In this document: positions 42,351-53,618 of the stretch, in pieces
How the letters are laid out: each line of letters starts with the position of its first letter
How positions within the stretch are numbered: position 1 is the first letter of the stretch
From: the human T2T-CHM13v2.0 reference genome, Homo sapiens
Length of the DNA stretch: 64,000 nucleotides
Reading direction: 5' to 3' (one strand)
Assembly (NCBI RefSeq): GCF_009914755.1
Contig: NC_060925.1
Notes under the pieces: model-generated
The model's input: the letters and a program-made list of their open reading frames with translations, nothing else
Database searches by the model: none
Told to the model about the DNA's origin: nothing
Translations under genes and position numbers: made by a program

Positions 42351-43570
42351 ACCCAAGCCCCTCCTTTGGGTGAAGCAACCTCATCCTCGAGCCCCGATTC
42401 CCTCATTGGAATGGGATTAACAGTGCCTGCCTCAGAGAGGTGACACGGGACACGACCGTCGGGTATGGAATCCAGCCCTGCACAGTGGGTTCCAAGTGGG
42501 GCCCCAAGGCAGAACCCAGAGCGAGGGAAATGGGAAGGTGCTGGGCCCGCGTCCCATGGCCTGGGCCACCCCTGTGATCGATGGCTCTTGAGGTGACTGG
42601 AGCCCTTTTGGCTGCCGGGACAGGAAGGGAGGGAGGGACTGGTGGCCCCATTCACACTGTGCTGTGAAAAGCAGCAGCCCTCCAGCCATCACTTCTGAAA
42701 CTGGGCGAGGAAACAGAGTGGCATTGTCCTTTTGTCTGCTGTGACACTCCGCATGTGACCCTGTCCCGTGAACGAGCAGATTCCCGCCACATGAGGGGGT
42801 AGGGGCTGAAGCGCCAGCAGCTCCATGCCCAGCATTCAGGCCCCACCAAACAAAAGCCACCTCCTAATTGCCCTGTTTGTTCTGGCACGAGGGCTGATGG
42901 GGGTGCCTGCGGAGCTCCCTGTCAGCCCGGCCTGGAGCTGGTTCCCAGGGCCTTGCACCTTGTCCGCCCAGCCCCGAGCACGGCTCCCAGCCTGCGGCCA
43001 GTTAACCCTTGGCTGTGGCTGCCCTGCCTGCCTGCTGGGCACCTGGCCAAACCCTGGATCCCAGAGCTGTGCCCTCCTGCTGGGAGCTGGGATGATCTAA
43101 CCCAATCCGTGCCCAGACCAGATGGGGAGCAGGGCCAGGTGAAGAAGCAGGGCTCAGGCTGGCTGGACAGGGAGGCTGCATCTCACTTACGTGCTGTGCA
43201 GCCTTGGGTAGGTGAGTTTGCCTCTCTGAGCCTAAGGTTCCTCATCTGTAAAACAGGAAGAACAACAGTAAAAGGACTGGAGATCACGTGAGGCATGGTG
43301 ATCCTGCTGGAGTGGGTGCTCAGTAAATACAACTCTGGTACAGTTCCCAGATCTCTGAAGCCGGGAACAGCCTAACAAGGGGTCCAGCCAGGACTCCTTG
43401 TCGGGACCAAGCTGGCTTGTGGACAGAAGGGGTGGATGGGGTGTCAAGGTCATTGGCCAAAGGCAGCAGAGGGATCTAAGGAACAGAGTCCAAAGAACAA
43501 TGAGCCTGAGACCCTGTGCCCTTCACTCCTGCCCATGCCCAGAACACCCCCACCTCCCATCCTGCGTGAG

Positions 43571-43715
43571 AGTTCGGGGCTCTGGATGACTTCCCCCTGT
43601 AAACTTGGCACCTGGGGCTAATTCTGGTCCTGTCCCAGCCCCCTGACTCAGAAACTCAGCAAAGCACAGATCCTGCTGCCCCATACCCACTGTGGGTCCC
43701 ACCACCGTCAGAGGT
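43571..43715 (+). repeat. Likely source of the direct duplication found at 42137-42280
   Basis: ccccctgtaaacttggcacctgg, ctaattctggtcctgtcccagccc, agcaaagcacagatcc and ccaccgtcagaggt are shared. Confidence 0.92.
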
Positions 43716-44779
43716 GGTGACCTTAGATACCTCCCACCACAGCTTCCTCACCCCAGCGCCCCAGAAGCTCATCTCCCTTTTCCTGAGAGGCCTGGCCAAC
43801 CTCTGGCAATGTCCCGAGAGGCTGCCAGAGGCTGGCACCCCACACCCCTCAGGAGGAAGCCCGCAACCTGCTGCAGATGCTGAAGGTCACTGGGGCTTGT
43901 GGCAGTGGCCGGAGATCGGCACCGACTCAGAGCCAGGAGTAGCCAGAGGAGGTGAGCTGGCGGGATACTTGTCTTCATACTCCATCGTCACTTTGACCCC
44001 TAAAACAGAGCACCAGCTCCCCCCACACTTCAAGCCAGGCACCTCCCACCCCACTCTTTCCTCCAGGAAGTCATCACACTGCTGGGTGCCCACCTGGAGT
44101 GCTGCCAGGCCCCACGTGCCCGGGACCCTGTTGGCCTGTGTGCGATGTGGGAAAGTGATGGACTGCAAGTTGGGGGCCTCAGGCAACTCCGCTCCTGCTC
44201 TCCATGCCCACTGTCCCCAACCCTAGAGTGAAGGGGTCAGAGTTCACCTTCAAGCTCTGAAGTCAGGGCAAAGGGGCACAGAGTGAAACGCAGTGGGTGC
44301 CGAACCCGGCACCCTTGGCCAGGGGCAGCTCCCAGGGCGGATGGCAGCCGGTAGCCCTCCCATCCCAGGCTGGGGCCCTGATGCTCTGGAGGGCAGGGTC
44401 CCTCTGACCCGGCCAGGCGGCAGCAGAAACGGTTCTGCCTCTGCACATGCCTTGCTCAGCTTCTCCAGGCCTGTTAAGGAGGCCAAAGGGGGCAGGTTGG
44501 CAACTCATGGGTACCAGGCCAAGCTCCAAGACTGAGCAACAGATAAGGATGGGGAGGAAGGGAGTAGCCCCCCCAGGGCAGGAAACACAGAGCAGAGAGA
44601 CAGAAATAAAGCATGGAAAGCAAACAGATGTCACCAAAGCAACTGAACTCGTGAGTGCCTGGAAGGCGTGTACATGTGTGTGTGCATGTCAGGTTGGGTA
44701 TCTGTCCTGACACCCGTAAGATAAGGAGAGGGGTGCTGTGGAGCCTAAGAGATCCTCCCCCAGACATTCTGTGATTCCT

Positions 44780-45088
44780 GGTTTTTGTTGTTGTTGCTGC
44801 TGTTGTTTTGAGATGGAATCTTGCTCTATCACCCAGGTTGGAGTGCAGTAGCGCGATCACGGCTCACTGCAACCTCTGCCTCCCAGGGTTCAAGCGATTC
44901 TCCTGCTTCAGCCTCCCAAGTAGCTGGGATTACAGGCACCCACCACCATGCCCGGATAATTTTTGTATTTTTAGTAGAGATGGGGTTTTGTCAAGTTGGC
45001 CAGGCTGGTCTCAAACTTCTGGCCTCAAGTGAGCCACCCGCCTCGGCCTCCCAAAGTGCTGGGATTACAAGCGTGAGCCATCACATCC
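44780..45088 (-). mobile_element. AluS element
   Basis: Reverse Alu; tctgtgattcct on both flanks (TSD). Confidence 0.93.
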
Positions 45089-46329
45089 AGTCATCTGTGA
45101 TTCCTTGACACACTGATACAGTAACACTGACGGTCACAGCTAAGGCCAGCTGTGCCGGGGCTGTGCCAGGTTCTAGGACCTTCTGTATTTGTTCCTTGAA
45201 TCTTCACCCACACAGAGAGGTTAGGAAACTTGCTCAAGTCCCACAGCAGAGCTGGGCCCCCTCTGGAGCCCTCGGTCTTGCCTCTATGCCATGCGGCCCT
45301 TGCCCTCTGATGGGAAGTGGCACCCCAAATTCAGAGCCCATGCAATGCAACTGTTTAGTCCTAGGACATGTACCTCTCAGCCGCATCCTCAGGTACAGGG
45401 CCCTGAGGCTGCCTCCGCTGGCCATGGGGACAGGAGAGAGCAAACTGGGTCACACTCCCTAAGTCAGCCTTCACCCTCTTCCTCCTTCTGGTCCCCGCAC
45501 CCCAGCATGAACAGCAACCAGTCTCCCCAGGCCAGCAACACTCTCTGAAAAGGGGGTTTCAGAGCCAAACACATCTGGGTTCTCATCGTGGCTCCACACT
45601 TCGCTGTGTGAGCCTGCGTAGGTCATTAGCCTCTCTGCACCTGTTTACCTGTGTGGAGAAGGGAATACCACCTGCCACTTGGGATGGCCGCAAGGATGGA
45701 AGGACGTGCTGCAGGTGAAACACCAGCTTCCCGCGGGCCCTGAGTAAAGGCTGGCTCTCGGCTCCCTTCCTGTTCAGAGGCTACTCTGCTCCCGCTATTG
45801 CATCTGAGCCACCAGCCAGGATGGGGTCAGAAAGAAGGCCAAGGGCACCAAGAGAAGGCGGAGGATTCGTCCAGGCCTCGCCCCAGGTAAGCGTCAGCAG
45901 CCAGCTCCAGGGAGCTCAGCCTGGGGATTTACCTTGTCCCTCTCTGCCATCCTCTTGGTGCTGCTGGGAACTGCTCCAGCTTGAAAAGGACTTGTTGTGG
46001 TCTCGGAGACCAGAGCTAGCTCCAGGCAAAGGAATGGCCCTGCCCTGAGGTGATCTATGACAGGAGGAGGAAGGGGCAGGGCCCGGAGCAGGAGCCGGGC
46101 AGGAGCCCTGACTTGGGCACTCCAGCCTGCGTCTGAGCCAGCTCTGCCTCCAGCATGTTCCAGGGTCTCAGCACAGCCTTGCTGCAGGAACAGCAAAGGG
46201 CAGGGGTTGGTGGGGAAGGGCCCTCATGGGCCCACCTGCTCCAGCCTCTTACTGGAATCAGGTTTGGATTTATTGCCCTTCATCCCAGAGTTAGGCATAG
46301 GGTTGTGGAGATGGCTGACTGTTCCCTGG

Positions 46330-46950
46330 GAGATGCTGACATAGACCCATCATTTAGCCAACAAATACTCCCCGAGCGTCCTCTATGCACTGAGCACTGT
46401 TCTAGGCACTGTAGATGCAGCAGCAAATAAAGGAAAGCTACTAGCAGGACGCAGCAGAGGGAGATGAACAGGCGAGCTGACCACAGCTGCATGAGGCCGA
46501 AGGAAAGGACCGAAACAGGGCAGGCAGGGGCAGAGAGAGCCCCGGAGGGCACTGCTCTCCCAGATCAGGGCTCAGGGGCATCTCTGAGACCTGAGTGGAG
46601 GGAGGAGATGAGCCACGCAAACATCTGGGCTAACGGGACAAAGTGAGAGCCTGGGCGGTGGATATGTGCCCTGTGCGAGGGAACAGCAGGGAGCAAGTGT
46701 GTGGAGCGGGGATGAGAGGGAGTGGGGAGGAGGGAGGCTGGAGAGGGTCTGGGAGCCTGGGAGGTAGTTTAGCTGCCCTTCAAAATGTGAAAGTGAAAAG
46801 AGTTTCAGAGGCAACCGCCTGCAGCGTGTTTTTAAGTGACTGCTCTGGGTGCTTGGAGAATGGACTACGGAGTGGGAGGAAGTGGGAGATCCAGGAGCTG
46901 GGTCTGGGTGCGAAGGTGGTGGGAAGTGGCCAGCTCTGGGCTATATTCCG
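46330..46950 (-). mobile_element. L2 LINE fragment
   Basis: caacaaatactccccgagcgtcctctatgcactgagcactgttctaggcactg is the reverse L2 3' end. Confidence 0.7.
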
Positions 46951-47932
46951 CAGCCTAGAGAGCAGAGTGAGTCTCTTTTCTGGCTCCTCCCAGTCCCCTA
47001 CAGGGACCCCATGCTGACAGCGGAGCACAGACTAGGTGCCCAGCTGAGGTTTGCTAAGTGACCAAAGAGGATGCCTGTTGCAACCAGGTATGAGAATCTG
47101 GCCATGGGCACTTTGGAGCTGGGAGCTGACCAACCCGGCCACCCCACGTAAGCAGCATGCCAACTACAGCCTGTCCCCCACATTGATCTGTCTACACTTC
47201 ACACTGCCACCTCACACCTTATGTCCCTGGAACCCCTCAGTTCTGATTCTCTCCTTTCCATGAGGACAGAGCCTGTTTGATGCACGCTGTGCCCCCGGCC
47301 TCTGGTAAGTCCCTGGCACCGAGGAGACACTTGCTACATCCTGGAAGGAACAAATGAAGTCGCATGACCCAGAGTAATCTTTGGAGTCCCGCAGACCCCT
47401 CAGCTCCTGACTCCTTAGCAGGCGAGTTACCTCCTCTGGGTTACCGCCTCCCCATTGGTAAGGCGGAAATTCCACCACCTAACATACAGGGTTGACGCAG
47501 GAGTAAAATGCAGAGAACCGAGCGCAGCCCCCGGTGTCCCAACAAACACCCCTGGGGAGGGGAGGTGCAGGCAAGGGGCCTCTCTTTTCACCTCTAAGGG
47601 CAACAAACTCGGACAGCTGGGAACCAGGGCGGCTGCTGACTGAGGAACACCAGAGGCTTCAGCCGTTCTACAAGGAAGGTGTTGACACTGCCTCCCCAAC
47701 TTTATTGCTGAACTCGAACTTTATGGGTTTCAAATTGCAGCTATCATTAGGCATAGCCAGTCCAGAATCAACTTAATTCCCCAACTGGGGCTGCCTGTTG
47801 AGAAAGACAGGGACCCAAGAACCAATGGGCCCAGATAATGGTGCAGGACAGGAGAGGGCTAAGTGGCTTTTTCCTCGGTGCCCTTCGATGCTCCTTTCGT
47901 GAGACCTGGGCCTGGGGAGGTGTAGCTCTCTC

Positions 47933-48097
47933 CCCAGACCAGCCTCCACTCCTGCTGGAGCCCAGACCAGCCTCCACTCCTGGAGCCCAGACCAGCCTCC
48001 ACTCCTGCCGGAGCCCAGACCAGCCTCCACTCCTGCTGGAGACCAGTCCAGCCTCCACTCCTGCTGGAGACCAGTCCAGCCTCCACTCCTGCTGGAG
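47933..48097 (+). repeat. ~25-30-bp tandem repeat x6 (CCCAGACCAGCCTCCACTCCTGCTGGAG)
   Basis: Six ccagcctccactcctg cores. Confidence 0.93.
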
Positions 48098-50064
48098 CAG
48101 GCCAAAAGCACCCCCTGGAACCTGTCCCAGACCTCATGGCTGCCGTGTCAGCAGCTTGTCTGGGGCTATGGCAGAGCCACTGGAAGCACCCCTGTGCAGA
48201 CACTAGGAAAAGCTCTACCAGTGAAAACAAGATGTGTTTGGGCTGGGGCCCACATCCTCTGAGGCCTTTGCAAGAAATAAAAAAATGCAGGGCAGACAAA
48301 AATAAGCAAACACTTTGTAATGAGCTTTGGTGACTCCACCTTTGCAGGCCAGAGCAGCAGGCCTCGGGTGGGCTTCTGAAGGCACCAGGTCCACTCTCGC
48401 TGCCCTGAGGTGTGATGACGGACGTGCTGAGCCTCCCTGAGCCACATGAAGCAGCAAGGCCGGCCTCTGCACAGGCGGCCCCATGCCACCAGCTCACCTG
48501 GCTGCTCCTCACGCTCCCTCCTTGCTTTGCTGTCTGGATGAGGCTGCTCCACTTTATTTCTCACAAGGAGGTGATGTAATAGCGAACAGACTCCTGAACA
48601 CCTGAATCAGTCTCTCGGAGACCAGCAGAAAGTGGGCAACCACAGACACACAGCAGGAGCAAGCCTGAGGCATTCCCAGTGTAAGGCAGAAGGGTGCCAA
48701 GACCAAGGGTCTCCATCGTCCTCACTGAACTCAGCTGGACTTCACCTGGGGCATGGGTGCCTTCCTTCAGACTAAAACAAGTTCACTAACAGTAAGAAAA
48801 GCTACTAGTTACTACACAGCAGGCAGATTAGCTCGTGGAAACCTCAGCACCCTCCCGCCACATAGATATTCCCATTTGACAGGTGAGGAGACTGTGGACA
48901 CAGCAGGCAGTGGAGCTGGGATCTGAACAACAGAGTGAGTGCCTGGCCACGCTTCAACCAGGCTGCTCCCCACCCTGGAGCCACGCCAGTCCCTCAGAAG
49001 CCCGGTGTCCCCAACACAAACACCAAAGTATGCTCGTGCAAGCCAGCACATGCATGCTCTGGCCTGCCAGGGCTTCCAGCTGGGCCCTTGCCACAAACGC
49101 CTTTGTCTCTCCAGCTTAGTCCAGGCACGACACTCATGGCTGCTTGTGGCTGTTCGGTCCGAGGCTCTGGGGAGGGATGTGAAATCCTGGCTGTGGAAGT
49201 CTACAGGAGCCCAGAGGCCACCCTCAGTCCCAGATGATCTGGCTTGAGGAGTGAGCCACAGAAACTGGACATCCAGACAGGAGAGGCCGACGTCAGTTGG
49301 CCGAGTGGCCCGCAAAGAACGAAAGGAGATGGGCATGAGCGAGCCCTCCCTCCCACGAGGTGAGCCTTCTCCCGAAGTCTGGGGAGAGGCCCTCGGGAGT
49401 CCTGCTGCCCACGTGTGTAGGGGAGCAGGTCTGAGGCCTCCAGGAGCGGCAGCCACAGTGGTCAGGACACAGCTTCGGAGGCACAAACCTGACAACTCCA
49501 CAGCCCCTGGCTGGGAGCCCTTGGGCAAGCGGCTCTGGCTCATGGGCAAAGAGATTAGAAATAAGATACACTGGGTGCTTGGCAATGTCAATAGCAGCCA
49601 CTCTCTTTATCCTGATCCTAAGTCTGCCCCAGGCCCTCTCTTAACATGACAACCCTGGAGAGAAGTCACCAAGGGATTCCCGATTCACAGCAGCATGAGA
49701 ATGTCAAATGCTCCCCAGGCCTCTGTGGTCCAACAAGACTGTGCCCTAGTCCGCGAGCCTTCCTTCAGCCGAGGGCTAGGAAAGCTCTGGGCTCCACGTG
49801 TCTTTGGGTTCCAGCTCTTAAGGCCAAAAAATTAAGAGCAAGGCATGGGCTTTGTTTTGGGAAAAATCAGAGCCATCCAATGTGGTGCCCCAACTTGCTG
49901 GCCAAGAATAGACAGGTTGCACTTAGCGCTGACAACAGGCCTGGAGACAGCGGGTCTGACATGAGTCTTCCCGGGCTGACGCCGGAAATGGCTGTGCATT
50001 CAAGGGAAACCATTTGGCCTGCGCCACTGAGGACGAGTTGAAGCAGCAGGCAACACCTTCCTTT

Positions 50065-50383
50065 TCAATGTGTGTTAAGTCACTTGTTTATTTCTCAAGA
50101 TGTGCACACTCAAGTATGAAGCTGGCCGGGACAACTCATGGCTCCTAGGTATGTACAGGCCCTTTGATGGCTTGGGTTACAGACAACCTCATAGCTGGTG
50201 CACCACACACACGAGATAAAACAGGAAGCCTAAAAACCCCAAGCCACACCAAGAAAAATGAGAGAGGGGAGGGCGGGGTAACAATGCAGCATCCCGCGGA
50301 GGGAACTTAATGCACAAGGAGGGAGAACAGAGGGTGGAAGGCAAGCCAGCTTCGTCTTCGCCGCCGCAGCTGCTGTGTGGTGG
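50065..50383 (-). other. UBR4: UBR4 3' UTR (proximal poly(A) form; 3' end approximate)
   Basis: Lies between the stop codon and AATAAA at 50092-50087; cleavage expected ~20 nt downstream. Confidence 0.8.
50087..50092 (-). terminator. UBR4: Polyadenylation signal AATAAA of UBR4
   Basis: tttatt on + strand ~290 nt past the stop codon. Confidence 0.85.
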
Positions 50384-50448
50384 TCAGGGGACTGAGTTCA
50401 ACAGGTCCTTCAGGAAGCTCTCTGGATCGGTGATTTCTGATAAAAGAC
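50384..50448 (-). CDS. UBR4: UBR4 terminal coding exon portion, (G)LLSEITDPESFLKDLLNSVP-stop
   Basis: gctttgcag| acceptor; TGA stop at 50386-50384; matches the UBR4 C-terminus (ORF 50384..50605 tail). Confidence 0.97.
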
Positions 50449-52291
50449 CTGCAAAGCACAACAGGCAGAGGTGTGTCAGGAGCAGGCATACAGCCCCCAT
50501 TCCCCCTGAGTCACAGCTGCCGCATCTAGCAGAGAACACACTGCGGTCCGACAAGCTCTGGCCCGGCTGCTCACTGGACAGCAGCATGACCGGGGAGGTA
50601 GTCATTGAGCAAAACCCTGTTCCGCAGGAGGAGTCCTGTTCCAGAAGCAGGCACTGCTGGAAGGTGTTTTTGTTCTCACATTTGAATAGGGTGTGTCTGA
50701 TGTTCTGAAATTTTCTAACAGCTTAAACAAAGTAATAAAGTGGTGCTGTCAAAACCTGACCTAGGAGTGGAAGGCACGGAGGCTCACTGCCTGGCAAAGG
50801 CTCTGGCTCTCCCTGGCTGCAGGCCAGGGGTGCTTGCCAGCAGCTCAGGGCTGATGTGGAGCTCGAGCCCAGGGGACCCTCCTTCCTCTGCCCACCTCCT
50901 CCTCCTCTCACTAGCTCCAACTTCCACAGTCACAGTGACACAGGCTCATGCAACAGGCACAGGGCCCAGCACTGAGGACTTTACCAGCCCACCTGGTCCC
51001 AGGGCTGACTTTCTGGGAAGAACGCGAGGCATGTGCTAAGGTATGATGCTGGTGAAACATCTAGGCTGAAACAGAGCCAGTGGGAGCCGTAAAGAGGTGG
51101 TGGAGTTAACAAACACACAGAGGTGAGCAGTGTTAGCACAGGCCCGCCCAGACGCGGAGGCAGGCACCAGGTCGACGAAGACCATCCCAGCACAGAGCTT
51201 CCGCTGAGGACACTGCAAGGGGCAGCCAATGCGGAGGCACAGAGCTGTTTGGGAAAATCGGTCAGCTGGCTCTGAGCTGGGAAGAAAGAGGAATTCACAC
51301 TGAGCAACACTCTAGCCCTTTAGTGGGTCTCATTCCCAGAGGATAACAAGATAGAGAAAATGTTAGCAGAGGCGTTCTCCTAACAGTGGGATCTGGGGGG
51401 AGTTTGTTTTCCTGCTTCTTTATACTTTACAAAATTCCCACAACGAACGCCATAAAAAAATGAAACAAGATCATAAAAAAGAGCTGGCAGGTTTGGTTAC
51501 CTGTGCGTTGGCTCTGGGGAGCTGACCTTTGTAGGGCGGGTGCTCTGATGGGGGCTGTAATGCCGCGGCGCCCACAACCTCACAGGGCACTGTCTTTTAA
51601 CCCTAGGTGGATTTCCCAGGCACGGGCCAAGTCACCTCCCCCTGCTGTCACTTGGTGCTTGGTTATGAAATACAAACCAATTCTAATGTGTTTGTTTGCA
51701 ATTAGAATGACAAATTTGTTACACAAAGAATTTCAATTTTACTAGCAGTAGGATAAGGAATTGTCTGACCACGTCTCCCACACCCACAGTTCAGAGCGGC
51801 CCTGCTGGGTCGCCCATGCCTCCCTGGGGTCAACTGTGACCTAAGACGCAGGAGGAAGACAGGGGCATTCCAATTTGCATGTTAATTCTCTGAACTGCCA
51901 TTAAAAAACAGACTCAAACAGGGATGCTATCACTTTCTAGCTATGTTCCCTTGGCCACTTATTTGATCTTCAGAGCCTCATTTACCCCATCTATAAAATG
52001 GGGATAACCAAAGCTCCTGCCTCATATAGGGCTGCCTCGAGGGCTGAGATCACATACAGTGAACAGCCCATGTCGGGGAAAGAGGGGGTGCTCAGTACAT
52101 GTTAGAGCTGCTGTTCTCGTTATCGGTGACTTGCTATTTACGCATCTTTCCCAGGGCTTTCAGTGGCAGCTGACAGGCTGGTTCATACTGCGTTTCCTCT
52201 GGTCGTGAAGATAAAGCTACGGATGACCCACGGAGGAAGACATGGGGCTTTGCTGCGGAGGATCTTTAAAAGAGAAAACCTTGACACTAAC

Positions 52292-52454
52292 CGGCCACAT
52301 CGAGGAACTCTGAGAAGGTCTCCACTGGCATGAACTCCTCCTGGAAGGTTTTCAGGGCTTTGTCGGCAGCTTCGTAGATGGGCATGTCGTTGTGGCGGAT
52401 GTACTCAGCGAGAGAGCAGGACCAGCCTCCCTCTGTGTTACTGGTAGGCACCTT
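52292..52454 (-). CDS. UBR4: UBR4 coding exon (probably exon 105), KVPTSNTEGGWSCSLAEYIRHNDMPIYEAADKALKTFQEEFMPVETFSEFLDVA(G)
   Basis: ttctcgtag| acceptor, |GTTAGT donor; 163 nt, phase 0-1. Confidence 0.96.
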
Positions 52455-53003
52455 CTACGAGAATCAACAGGAGACAAGAGAGGTGGGTGACTTACTGCTG
52501 CCTCATCTTCCGCCTCAAGTCAGTCAGGCCATTTCAACCCCTCAAAGGACAGCCCTCCCAACCTACACCAAAGCATACCAACAGGCACCCTAGAGCGTGC
52601 GTTTTGTCTCCAGGAACGACACAATTTCACTTCATTCCTCTTAGGCCCTCCTTATTAGGCACTGTGTCACCTGAAGCTACAGGCTCCAACAAGTGGCTGC
52701 ATTCCCTCCCCGTACACTTCCCATTCGCATTCCCCAGAGCAAAGGGACTTGTCAATGTGCTTCCATGAGCTGTCTCATTCCGATGATGAAAGGAACCAAC
52801 TCAAAAACTCAGATTCTCTCCGGAGAGGAGTGTCCTGTTATAAGCTGGCTGCGGTAAGTCAGACTCACTCAGGGCAACAGAGCTTATCCCAATAGCACGG
52901 CAAGAGCAGCAAAGAGAGACCCGGGGGGGAAGGTCTTCCTGCACAGCCGAGTCTGGAGCAGGCTCGGGAGCAGGTGACAGGAGTGATCTCAGCTACAAAT
53001 GTG

Positions 53004-53330
<327 letters not shown>

Positions 53331-53527
53331 ATGTACCTCACAGACACAAGGCTCCAGGCTGCCAGTGTCAATCCCTCCCACAGTTGGGGTTGTTTGTTTC
53401 TAGGAAAAAAGCGCCCCCAGGCCCAGCGGAGGAGCAGCCATGTGGGTGCTGAGGCAGAGTCAGGGACAGGAGTGCAGACATTTTACACTCTTGCCAAAAC
53501 CCACTGGGCCTCTGACAGCCTCCTTAC

Positions 53528-53618
53528 CTTAAACATGTTGTAAATGAGATCGACGAGGGCCCAAAAGAGAAGGGAAGAACGGTAAGCGGAATAGTCCTTC
53601 ACTGCCTTATCTGTCAGC
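53528..53618 (-). CDS. UBR4: UBR4 coding exon (probably exon 104), LTDKAVKDYSAYRSSLLFWALVDLIYNMFK
   Basis: tttcttttccag| acceptor, |GTAAGG donor; 91 nt, phase 2-0; hand translation continues the frame. Confidence 0.96.
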
